Assembly: GCA_964016885.1 (NCBI GenBank)
Contig: OZ024746.1
Location: forward strand, 69,502,001-69,566,000
DNA length: 64,000 nucleotides
Reading direction: 5' to 3'
From: Eledone cirrhosa
Taxonomy: Eukaryota
The notes below the pieces were generated by a model. The model was not told the origin of the DNA. It was given only the letters and a program-made list of their open reading frames with translations, and searched no databases. The position numbers and the translations under genes are program-made. This document shows, in pieces, positions 11,945 through 23,900 of this stretch; within the stretch, counting starts at the first letter, position 1, and each line of letters starts with the position of its first letter.

Positions 11945-14900
11945 CCTTTGTGTGAAGTGTTGGATAAGTGTAGCTTGTAAGTGGCAGCCCTTTCTCTGAA
12001 GTGTTGGATAAGTGTAGCTTGTAGGTAACAGCCCTTTCTCTGAAGTGTTGGATAAGTGTAGCTTGTAGGTAACAGCCCTTTCTCTGAAGTGTTGGATAAG
12101 TGTAGCTTGTAGGTAACAGCCCTTTCTCTGAAGTGTTGGATAAGTGTAGCTTGTAGGTAACAGCCCTTTCTCTGAAGTGTTGAATAAGTGTAGCTTGTAA
12201 GTGGCAGCTCTTTCTCTGAAGTGTTGAATAAGTGTAGCTTGTAAGTGGCAGCCCTTTCTCTGAAGTGTTGAATAAGTGTAGCTTGTAAGTGGCAGCTCTT
12301 TCTCTGAAGTGTTGAATAAGTGTAGCTTGTAAGTGGCAGCCCTTTCTCTGAACTGTTGAATAAGTGTAGCTTGTAGGTAACAGCCCTTTCTCTGAAGTGT
12401 TGAATAAGTGTAGATTGTAAGTGGCAGCTCTTTCTCTGAAGTGTTGAATAAGTGTAGCTTGTAAGTGGCAGCTCTTTCTCTGAAGTGTTGAATAAGTGTA
12501 GCTTGTAAGTGGCAGCTCTTTCTCTGAAGTGTTGGATAAGTGTAGCTTGTAGGTAACAGCCCTTTCTCTGAAGTGTTGGATAAGTGTAGCTTGTAGGTAA
12601 CAGCCCTTTCTCTGAAGTGTTGGATAAGTGTAGCTTGTAGGTAACAGCCCTTTCTCTGAAGTGTTGGATAAGTGTAGCTTGTAGGTAACAGCCCTTTCTC
12701 TGAAGTGTTGGATAAGTGTAGCTTGTAGGTAACAGCCCTTTCTCTGAAGTGTTGGATAAGTGTAGCTTGTAGGTAACAGCCCTTTCTCTGAAGTGTTGAA
12801 TAAGTGTAGCTTGTAAGTGGCAGCCCTTTCTCTGAAGTGTTGGATAAGTGTAGCTTGTAGGTAACAGCCCTTTCTCTGAAGTGTTGGATAAGTGTAGCTT
12901 GTAAGTGGCAGCCCTTTCTCTGAAGTGTTGGATAAGTGTAGCTTGTAGGTAACAGCCCTTTCTCTGAAGTGTTGAATAAGTGTAGCTTGTAAGTGGCAGC
13001 ACTTTCTCTGAAGTGTTGAATAAGTGTAGATTGTAAGTGGCAGCTCTTTCTCTGAAGTGTTGAATAAGTGTAGCTTGTAAGTGGCAGCCCTTTCTCTGAA
13101 CTGTTGAATAAGTGTAGCTTGTAAGTGGCAGCCCTTTCTCTGAAGTGTTGGATAAGTGTAGCTTGTAGGTAACAGCCCTTTCTCTGAAGTGTTGGATAAG
13201 TGTAGCTTGTAGGTAACAACCCTTTCTCTGAAGTGTTGAATAAGTGTAGATTGTAAGTGGCAGCTCTTTCTCTGAAGTGTTGGATAAGTGTAGATTGTAA
13301 GTGGCAGCTCTTTCTCTGAAGTGTTGGATAAGTGTAGCTTGTAAGTGGCAGCTCTTTCTCTGAAGTGTTGAATAAGTGTAGCTTGTAAGTGGCAGCCCTT
13401 TCTCTGAACTGTTGAATAAGTGTAGCTTGTAAGTGGCAGCCCTTTCTCTGAAGTGTTGAATAAGTGTAGATTGTAAGTGGCAGCTCTTTCTCTGAAGTGT
13501 TGGATAAGTGTAGCTTGTAAGTGGCAGCTCTTTCTCTGAAGTGTTGAATAAGTGTAGCTTGTAAGTGGCAGCCCTTTCTCTGAACTGTTGAATAAGTGTA
13601 GCTTGTAAGTGGCAGCCCTTTCTCTGAAGTGTTGAATAAGTGTAGATTGTAAGTGGCAGCTCTTTCTCTGAAGTGTTGAATAAGTGTAGCTTGTAAGTGG
13701 CAGCCCTTTCTCTGAACTGTTGAATAAGTGTAGCTTGTAAGTGGCAGCCCTTTCTCTGAAGTGTTGGATAAGTGTAGCTTGTAGGTAACAGCCCTTTCTC
13801 TGAAGTGTTGGATAAGTGTAGCTTGTAGGTAACAGCCCTTTCTCTGAAGTGTTGGATAAGTGTAGCTTGTAGGTAACAGCCCTTTCTCTGAAGTGTTGAA
13901 TAAGTGTAGCTTGTAGGTAACAGCCCTTTCTGTGAAGTGTTGAATAAGTGTAGCTTGTAGGTGGCAGCCCTTTCTCTGAAGTGTTGGATAAGTGTAGCTT
14001 GTAGGTAACAGCCCTTTCTGTGAAGTGTTGAATAAGTGTAGCTTGTAGGTGGCAGCCCTTTCTCTGAAGTGTTGGATAAGTGTAGCTTGTAGGTAACAGC
14101 CCTTTCTCTGAAGTGTTGAATAAGTGTAGCTTGTAAGTGGCAGCTCTTTCTCTGAAGTGTTGAATAAGTGTAGCTTGTAGGTAACAGCTCTTTCTCTGAA
14201 GTGTTGGATAAGTGTAGCTTGTAGGTAACAGCTCTTTCTCTGAAGTGTTGGATAAGTGTAGCTTGTAGGTAACAGCCCTTTCTCTGAAGTGTTGGATAAG
14301 TGTAGCTTGTAGGTAACAGCCCTTTCTCTGAAGTGTTGAATAAGTGTAGCTTGTAAGTGGCAGCTCTTTCTCTGAAGTGTTGAATAAGTGTAGCTTGTAG
14401 GTAACAGCTCTTTCTCTGAAGTGTTGGATAAGTGTAGCTTGTAGGTAACAGCTCTTTCTCTGAAGTGTTGGATAAGTGTAGCTTGTAGGTAACAGCCCTT
14501 TCTCTGAAGTGTTGGATAAGTGTAGCTTGTAGGTAACAGCCCTTTCTCTGAAGTGTTGAATAAGTGTAGCTTGTAAGTGGCAGCCCTTTCTCTGAAGTGT
14601 TGGATAAGTGTAGCTTGTAGGTAACAACCCTTTCTCTGAAGTGTTGGATAAGTGTAGCTTGTAAGTGGCAACCCTTTCTCTGAAGTGTTGGATAAGTGTA
14701 ACTTGTAGGTAACAGCCCTTTCTCTGAAGTGTTGAATAAGTGTAGATTGTAAGTGGCAGCTCTTTCTCTGAACGGTTGAATAAGTGTAGCTTGTAAGTGG
14801 CAGCCCTTTCTCTGAAGTGTTGGATAAGTGTAGCTTGTAGGTAACAGCTCTTTCTCTGAAGTGTTGAATAAGTGTAGATTGTAAGTGGCAGCTCTTTCTC

Positions 14901-17900
14901 TGAACTGTTGAATAAGTGTAGCTTGTAAGTGGCAGCCCTTTCTCTGAAGTGTTGGATAAGTGTAGCTTGTAGGTAACAGCCCTTTCTCTGAAGTGTTGAA
15001 TAAGTGTAGCTTGTAAGTGGCAGCCCTTTCTCTGAAGTGTTGGATAAGTGTAGCTTGTAGGTAACAGCCCTTTCTCTGAAGTGTTGGATAAGTGTAGCTT
15101 GTAAGTGGCAGCCCTTTCTCTGAAGTGTTGGATAAGTGTAGCTTGTAGGTAACAGCCCTTTCTCTGAAGTGTTGAATAAGTGTAGCTTGTAAGTGGCAGC
15201 ACTTTCTCTGAAGTGTTGAATAAGTGTAGATTGTAAGTGGCAGCTCTTTCTCTGAAGTGTTGAATAAGTGTAGCTTGTAAGTGGCAGCCCTTTCTCTGAA
15301 CTGTTGAATAAGTGTAGCTTGTAAGTGGCAGCCCTTTCTCTGAAGTGTTGGATAAGTGTAGCTTGTAGGTAACAGCCCTTTCTCTGAAGTGTTGGATAAG
15401 TGTAGCTTGTAGGTAACAACCCTTTCTCTGAAGTGTTGAATAAGTGTAGATTGTAAGTGGCAGCTCTTTCTCTGAAGTGTTGGATAAGTGTAGATTGTAA
15501 GTGGCAGCTCTTTCTCTGAAGTGTTGGATAAGTGTAGCTTGTAGGTAACAGCCCTTTCTCTGAAGTGTTGGATAAGTGTAGCTTGTAGGTAACAGCCCTT
15601 TCTCTGAAGTCTTGAATAAGTGTAGCTTGTAAGTGGCAGCTCTTTCTCTGAAGTGTTGAATAAGTGTAGCTTGTAAGTGGCAGCCCTTTCTCTGAACTGT
15701 TGAATAAGTGTAGCTTGTAAGTGGCAGCCCTTTCTCTGAAGTGTTGAATAAGTGTAGATTGTAAGTGGCAGCTCTTTCTGTGAAGTGTTGGATAAGTGTA
15801 GCTTGTAAGTGGCAGCTCTTTCTCTGAAGTGTTGAATAAGTGTAGCTTGTAAGTGGCAGCCCTTTCTCTGAACTGTTGAATAAGTGTAGCTTGTAAGTGG
15901 CAGCCCTTTCTCTGAAGTGTTGAATAAGTGTAGATTGTAAGTGGCAGCTCTTTCTCTGAAGTGTTGAATAAGTGTAGCTTGTAAGTGGCAGCCCTTTCTC
16001 TGAAGTGTTGAATAAGTGTAGCTTGTAAGTGGCAGCCCTTTCTCTGAAGTGTTGGATAAGTGTAGCTTGTAGGTAACAGCCCTTTCTCTGAAGTGTTGGA
16101 TAAGTGTAGCTTGTAGGTAACAGCCCTTTCTCTGAAGTGTTGGATAAGTGTAGCTTGTAGGTAACAGCCCTTTCTCTGAAGTGTTGAATAAGTGTAGCTT
16201 GTAGGTAACAGCCCTTTCTGTGAAGTGTTGAATAAGTGTAGCTTGTAGGTGGCAGCCCTTTCTCTGAAGTGTTGGATAAGTGTAGCTTGTAGGTAACCGC
16301 CCTTTCTGTGAAGTGTTGAATAAGTGTAGCTTGTAGGTGGCAGCCCTTTCTCTGAAGTGTTGGATAAGTGTAGCTTGTAGGTAACAGCCCTTTCTCTGAA
16401 GTGTTGGATAAGTGTAGCTTGTAAGTGGCAGCTCTTTCTCTGAAGTGTTGAATAAGTGTAGCTTGTAGGTAACAGCTCTTTCTCTGAAGTGTTGGATAAG
16501 TGTAGCTTGTAGGTAACAGCTCTTTCTCTGAAGTGTTGGATAAGTGTAGCTTGTAGGTAACAGCCCTTTCTCTGAAGTGTTGGATAAGTGTAGCTTGTAG
16601 GTAACAGCCCTTTCTCTGAAGTGTTGAATAAGTGTAGCTTGTAGGTAACAGCCCTTTCTCTGAAGTGTTGAATAAGTGTAGCTTGTAAGTGGCAGCCCTT
16701 TCTCTGAAGTGTTGGATAAGTGTAGCTTGTAGGTAACAACCCTTTCTCTGAAGTGTTGGATAAGTGTAGCTTGTAAGTGGCAGCCCTTTCTCTGAAGTGT
16801 TGGATAAGTGTAGCTTGTAGGTAACAGCCCTTTCTCTGAAGTGTTGAATAAGTGTAGCTTGTAAGTGGCAGCACTTTCTCTGAAGTGTTGAATAAGTGTA
16901 GATTGTAAGTGGCAGCTCTTTCTCTGAAGTGTTGAATAAGTGTAGCTTGTAAGTGGCAGCCCTTTCTCTGAAGTGTTGGATAAGTGTAGCTTGTAGGTAA
17001 CAGCCCTTTCTCTGAAGTGTTGGATAAGTGTAGCTTGTAGGTAACAACCCTTTCTCTGAAGTGTTGAATAAGTGTAGATTGTAAGTGGCAGCTCTTTCTC
17101 TGAAGTGTTGGATAAGTGTAGATTGTAAGTGGCAGCTCTTTCTCTGAAGTGTTGGATAAGTGTAGCTTGTAAGTGGCAGCTCTTTCTCTGAAGTGTTGAA
17201 TAAGTGTAGCTTGTAAGTGGCAGCCCTTTCTCTGAACTGTTGAATAAGTGTAGCTTGTAAGTGGCAGCCCTTTCTCTGAAGTGTTGAATAAGTGTAAATT
17301 GTAAGTGGCAGCTCTTTCTCTGAAGTGTTGGATAAGTGTAGCTTGTAAGTGGCAGCTCTTTCTCTGAAGTGTTGAATAAGTGTAGCTTGTAAGTGGCAGC
17401 CCTTTCTCTGAACTGTTGAATAAGTGTAGCTTGTAAGTGGCAGCCCTTTCTCTGAAGTGTTGAATAAGTGTAGATTGTAAGTGGCAGCTCTTTCTCTGAA
17501 GTGTTGAATAAGTGTAGCTTGTAAGTGGCAGCCCTTTCTCTGAACTGTTGAATAAGTGTAGCTTGTAAGTGGCAGCCCTTTCTCTGAAGTGTTGGATAAG
17601 TGTAGCTTGTAGGTAACAGCCCTTTCTCTGAAGTGTTGGATAAGTGTAGCTTGTAGGTAACAACCCTTTCTCTGAAGTGTTGAATAAGTGTAGATTGTAA
17701 GTGGCAGCTCTTTCTCTGAAGTGTTGGATAAGTGTAGATTGTAAGTGGCAGCTCTTTCTCTTAAGTGTTGGATAAGTGTAGCTTGTAAGTGGCAGCTCTT
17801 TCTCTGAAGTGTTGAATAAGTGTAGCTTGTAAGTGGCAGCCCTTTCTCTGAACTGTTGAATAAGTGTAGCTTGTAAGTGGCAGCCCTTTCTCTGAAGTGT

Positions 17901-20900
17901 TGAATAAGTGTAGATTGTAAGTGGCAGCTCTTTCTCTGAAGTGTTGGATAAGTGTAGCTTGTAAGTGGCAGCTCTTTCTCTGAAGTGTTGAATAAGTGTA
18001 GCTTGTAAGTGGCAGCCCTTTCTCTGAACTGTTGAATAAGTGTAGCTTGTAAGTGGCAGCCCTTTCTCTGAAGTGTTGAATAAGTGTAGATTGTAAGTGG
18101 CAGCTCTTTCTCTGAAGTGTTGAATAAGTGTAGCTTGTAAGTGGCAGCCCTTTCTCTGAAGTGTTGAATAAGTGTAGCTTGTAAGTGGCAGCCCTTTCTC
18201 TGAAGTGTTGGATAAGTGTAGCTTGTAGGTAACAGCCCTTTCTCTGAAGTGTTGGATAAGTGTAGCTTGTAGGTAACAGCCCTTTCTCTGAAGTGTTGGA
18301 TAAGTGTAGCTTGTAGGTAACAGCCCTTTCTCTGAAGTGTTGAATAAGTGTAGCTTGTAGGTAACAGCCCTTTCTGTGAAGTGTTGAATAAGTGTAGCTT
18401 GTAGGTGGCAGCCCTTTCTCTGAAGTGTTGGATAAGTGTAGCTTGTAGGTAACAGCCCTTTCTGTGAAGTGTTGAATAAGTGTAGCTTGTAGGTGGCAGC
18501 CCTTTCTCTGAAGTGTTGGATAAGTGTAGCTTGTAGGTAACAGCCCTTTCTCTGAAGTGTTGAATAAGTGTAGCTTGTAAGTGGCAGCTCTTTCTCTGAA
18601 GTGTTGAATAAGTGTAGCTTGTAGGTAACAGCTCTTTCTCTGAAGTGTTGGATAAGTGTAGCTTGTAGGTAACAGCTCTTTCTCTGAAGTGTTGGATAAG
18701 TGTAGCTTGTAGGTAACAGCCCTTTCTCTGAAGTGTTGGATAAGTGTAGCTTGTAGGTAACAGCCCTTTCTCTGAAGTGTTGGATAAGTGTAGCTTGTAG
18801 GTAACAGCCCTTTCTCTGAAGTGTTGGATAAGTGTAGCTTGTAGGTAACAGCCCTTTCTCTGAAGTGTTGGATAAGTGTAGCTTGTAGGTAACAGCCCTT
18901 TCTCTGAAGTGTTGGATAAGTGTAGCTTGTAGGTAACAGCCCTTTCTCTGAAGTGTTGAATAAGTGTAGCTTGTAAGTGGCAGCCCTTTCTCTGAAGTGT
19001 TGGATAAGTGTAGCTTGTAGGTAACAGCCCTTTCTCTGAAGTGTTGGATAAGTGTAGCTTGTAAGTGGCAGCCCTTTCTCTGAAGTGTTGGATAAGTGTA
19101 GCTTGTAGGTAACAGCCCTTTCTCTGAAGTGTTGAATAAGTGTAGCTTGTAAGTGGCAGCACTTTCTCTGAAGTGTTGAATAAGTGTAGATTGTAAGTGG
19201 CAGCTCTTTCTCTGAAGTGTTGAATAAGTGTAGCTTGTAAGTGGCAGCCCTTTCTCTGAACTGTTGAATAAGTGTAGCTTGTAAGTGGCAGCCCTTTCTC
19301 TGAAGTGTTGGATAAGTGTAGCTTGTAGGTAACAGCCCTTTCTCTGAAGTGTTGGATAAGTGTAGCTTGTAGGTAACAACCCTTTCTCTGAAGTGTTGAA
19401 TAAGTGTAGATTGTAAGTGGCAGCTCTTTCTCTGAAGTGTTGGATAAGTGTAGCTTGTAAGTGGCAGCTCTTTCTCTGAAGTGTTGAATAAGTGTAGCTT
19501 GTAAGTGGCAGCCCTTTCTCTGAACTGTTGAATAAGTGTAGCTTGTAAGTGGCAGCCCTTTCTCTGAACTGTTGAATAAGTGTAGCTTGTAAGTGGCAGC
19601 CCTTTCTCTGAAGTGTTGAATAAGTGTAGATTGTAAGTGGCAGCTCTTTCTCTGAAGTGTTGGATAAGTGTAGCTTGTAAGTGGCAGCTCTTTCTCTGAA
19701 GTGTTGAATAAGTGTAGCTTGTAAGTGGCAGCCCTTTCTCTGAACTGTTGAATAAGTGTAGCTTGTAAGTGGCAGCCCTTTCTCTGAAGTGTTGAATAAG
19801 TGTAGATTGTAAGTGGCAGCTCTTTCTCTGAAGTGTTGAATAAGTGTAGCTTGTAAGTGGCAGCCCTTTCTCTGAACTGTTGAATAAGTGTAGCTTGTAA
19901 GTGGCAGCCCTTTCTCTGAAGTGTTGGATAAGTGTAGCTTGTAGGTAACAGCCCTTTCTCTGAAGTGTTGGATAAGTGTAGCTTGTAGGTAACAGCCCTT
20001 TCTCTGAAGTGTTGGATAAGTGTAGCTTGTAGGTAACAGCCCTTTCTCTGAAGTGTTGAATAAGTGTAGCTTGTAGGTAACAGCCCTTTCTGTGAAGTGT
20101 TGAATAAGTGTAGCTTGTAGGTGGCAGCCCTTTCTCTGAAGTGTTGGATAAGTGTAGCTTGTAGGTAACAGCCCTTTCTGTGAAGTGTTGAATAAGTGTA
20201 GCTTGTAGGTGGCAGCCCTTTCTCTGAAGTGTTGGATAAGTGTAGCTTGTAGGTAACAGCCCTTTCTCTGAAGTGTTGAATAAGTGTAGCTTGTAAGTGG
20301 CAGCTCTTTCTCTGAAGTGTTGAATAAGTGTAGCTTGTAGGTAACAGCTCTTTCTCTGAAGTGTTGGATAAGTGTAGCTTGTAGGTAACAGCTCTTTCTC
20401 TGAAGTGTTGGATAAGTGTAGCTTGTAGGTAACAGCCCTTTCTCTGAAGTGTTGGATAAGTGTAGCTTGTAGGTAACAGCCCTTTCTCTGAAGTGTTGAA
20501 TAAGTGTAGCTTGTAAGTGGCAGCTCTTTCTCTGAAGTGTTGAATAAGTGTAGCTTGTAGGTAACAGCTCTTTCTCTGAAGTGTTGGATAAGTGTAGCTT
20601 GTAGGTAACAGCTCTTTCTCTGAAGTGTTGGATAAGTGTAGCTTGTAGGTAACAGCCCTTTCTCTGAAGTGTTGGATAAGTGTAGCTTGTAGGTAACAGC
20701 CCTTTCTCTGAAGTGTTGAATAAGTGTAGCTTGTAAGTGGCAGCCCTTTCTCTGAAGTGTTGGATAAGTGTAGCTTGTAGGTAACAACCCTTTCTCTGAA
20801 GTGTTGGATAAGTGTAGCTTGTAAGTGGCAACCCTTTCTCTGAAGTGTTGGATAAGTGTAACTTGTAGGTAACAGCCCTTTCTCTGAAGTGTTGAATAAG

Positions 20901-23900
20901 TGTAGATTGTAAGTGGCAGCTCTTTCTCTGAACGGTTGAATAAGTGTAGCTTGTAAGTGGCAGCCCTTTCTCTGAAGTGTTGGATAAGTGTAGCTTGTAG
21001 GTAACAGCTCTTTCTCTGAAGTGTTGAATAAGTGTAGATTGTAAGTGGCAGCTCTTTCTCTGAACTGTTGAATAAGTGTAGCTTGTAAGTGGCAGCCCTT
21101 TCTCTGAAGTGTTGGATAAGTGTAGCTTGTAGGTAACAGCCCTTTCTCTGAAGTGTTGAATAAGTGTAGCTTGTAAGTGGCAGCCCTTTCTCTGAAGTGT
21201 TGGATAAGTGTAGCTTGTAGGTAACAGCCCTTTCTCTGAAGTGTTGGATAAGTGTAGCTTGTAAGTGGCAGCCCTTTCTCTGAAGTGTTGGATAAGTGTA
21301 GCTTGTAGGTAACAGCCCTTTCTCTGAAGTGTTGAATAAGTGTAGCTTGTAAGTGGCAGCACTTTCTCTGAAGTGTTGAATAAGTGTAGATTGTAAGTGG
21401 CAGCTCTTTCTCTGAAGTGTTGAATAAGTGTAGCTTGTAAGTGGCAGCCCTTTCTCTGAACTGTTGAATAAGTGTAGCTTGTAAGTGGCAGCCCTTTCTC
21501 TGAAGTGTTGGATAAGTGTAGCTTGTAGGTAACAGCCCTTTCTCTGAAGTGTTGGATAAGTGTAGCTTGTAGGTAACAACCCTTTCTCTGAAGTGTTGAA
21601 TAAGTGTAGATTGTAAGTGGCAGCTCTTTCTCTGAAGTGTTGGATAAGTGTAGATTGTAAGTGGCAGCTCTTTCTCTGAAGTGTTGGATAAGTGTAGCTT
21701 GTAGGTAACAGCCCTTTCTCTGAAGTGTTGGATAAGTGTAGCTTGTAGGTAACAGCCCTTTCTCTGAAGTCTTGAATAAGTGTAGCTTGTAAGTGGCAGC
21801 TCTTTCTCTGAAGTGTTGAATAAGTGTAGCTTGTAAGTGGCAGCCCTTTCTCTGAACTGTTGAATAAGTGTAGCTTGTAAGTGGCAGCCCTTTCTCTGAA
21901 GTGTTGAATAAGTGTAGATTGTAAGTGGCAGCTCTTTCTCTGAAGTGTTGGATAAGTGTAGCTTGTAAGTGGCAGCTCTTTCTCTGAAGTGTTGAATAAG
22001 TGTAGCTTGTAAGTGGCAGCCCTTTCTCTGAACTGTTGAATAAGTGTAGCTTGTAAGTGGCAGCCCTTTCTCTGAAGTGTTGAATAAGTGTAGATTGTAA
22101 GTGGCAGCTCTTTCTCTGAAGTGTTGAATAAGTGTAGCTTGTAAGTGGCAGCCCTTTCTCTGAAGTGTTGAATAAGTGTAGCTTGTAAGTGGCAGCCCTT
22201 TCTCTGAAGTGTTGGATAAGTGTAGCTTGTAGGTAACAGCCCTTTCTCTGAAGTGTTGGATAAGTGTAGCTTGTAGGTAACAGCCCTTTCTCTGAAGTGT
22301 TGGATAAGTGTAGCTTGTAGGTAACAGCCCTTTCTCTGAAGTGTTGAATAAGTGTAGCTTGTAGGTAACAGCCCTTTCTGTGAAGTGTTGAATAAGTGTA
22401 GCTTGTAGGTGGCAGCCCTTTCTCTGAAGTGTTGGATAAGTGTAGCTTGTAGGTAACAGCCCTTTCTGTGAAGTGTTGAATAAGTGTAGCTTGTAGGTGG
22501 CAGCCCTTTCTCTGAAGTGTTGGATAAGTGTAGCTTGTAGGTAACAGCCCTTTCTCTGAAGTGTTGGATAAGTGTAGCTTGTAAGTGGCAGCTCTTTCTC
22601 TGAAGTGTTGAATAAGTGTAGCTTGTAGGTAACAGCTCTTTCTCTGAAGTGTTGGATAAGTGTAGCTTGTAGGTAACAGCTCTTTCTCTGAAGTGTTGGA
22701 TAAGTGTAGCTTGTAGGTAACAGCCCTTTCTCTGAAGTGTTGGATAAGTGTAGCTTGTAGGTAACAGCCCTTTCTCTGAAGTGTTGAATAAGTGTAGCTT
22801 GTAGGTAACAGCCCTTTCTCTGAAGTGTTGAATAAGTGTAGCTTGTAAGTGGCAGCCCTTTCTCTGAAGTGTTGGATAAGTGTAGCTTGTAGGTAACAAC
22901 CCTTTCTCTGAAGTGTTGGATAAGTGTAGCTTGTAAGTGGCAGCCCTTTCTCTGAAGTGTTGGATAAGTGTAGCTTGTAGGTAACAGCCCTTTCTCTGAA
23001 GTGTTGAATAAGTGTAGCTTGTAAGTGGCAGCACTTTCTCTGAAGTGTTGAATAAGTGTAGATTGTAAGTGGCAGCTCTTTCTCTGAAGTGTTGAATAAG
23101 TGTAGCTTGTAAGTGGCAGCCCTTTCTCTGAACTGTTGAATAAGTGTAGCTTGTAAGTGGCAGCCCTTTCTCTGAAGTGTTGGATAAGTGTAGCTTGTAG
23201 GTAACAGCCCTTTCTCTGAAGTGTTGGATAAGTGTAGCTTGTAGGTAACAACCCTTTCTCTGAAGTGTTGAATAAGTGTAGATTGTAAGTGGCAGCTCTT
23301 TCTCTGAAGTGTTGGATAAGTGTAGATTGTAAGTGGCAGCTCTTTCTCTGAAGTGTTGGATAAGTGTAGCTTGTAAGTGGCAGCTCTTTCTCTGAAGTGT
23401 TGAATAAGTGTAGCTTGTAAGTGGCAGCCCTTTCTCTGAACTGTTGAATAAGTGTAGCTTGTAAGTGGCAGCCCTTTCTCTGAAGTGTTGAATAAGTGTA
23501 AATTGTAAGTGGCAGCTCTTTCTCTGAAGTGTTGGATAAGTGTAGCTTGTAAGTGGCAGCTCTTTCTCTGAAGTGTTGAATAAGTGTAGCTTGTAAGTGG
23601 CAGCCCTTTCTCTGAACTGTTGAATAAGTGTAGCTTGTAAGTGGCAGCCCTTTCTCTGAAGTGTTGAATAAGTGTAGATTGTAAGTGGCAGCTCTTTCTC
23701 TGAAGTGTTGAATAAGTGTAGCTTGTAAGTGGCAGCCCTTTCTCTGAACTGTTGAATAAGTGTAGCTTGTAAGTGGCAGCCCTTTCTCTGAAGTGTTGGA
23801 TAAGTGTAGCTTGTAGGTAACAGCCCTTTCTCTGAAGTGTTGGATAAGTGTAGCTTGTAGGTAACAACCCTTTCTCTGAAGTGTTGAATAAGTGTAGATT

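Noticed and set aside
11990-12040. CTGAAGT in the satellite unit as a hammerhead core
   Set aside because: A9 is missing and there is no helix II plus GAAA on the same strand.
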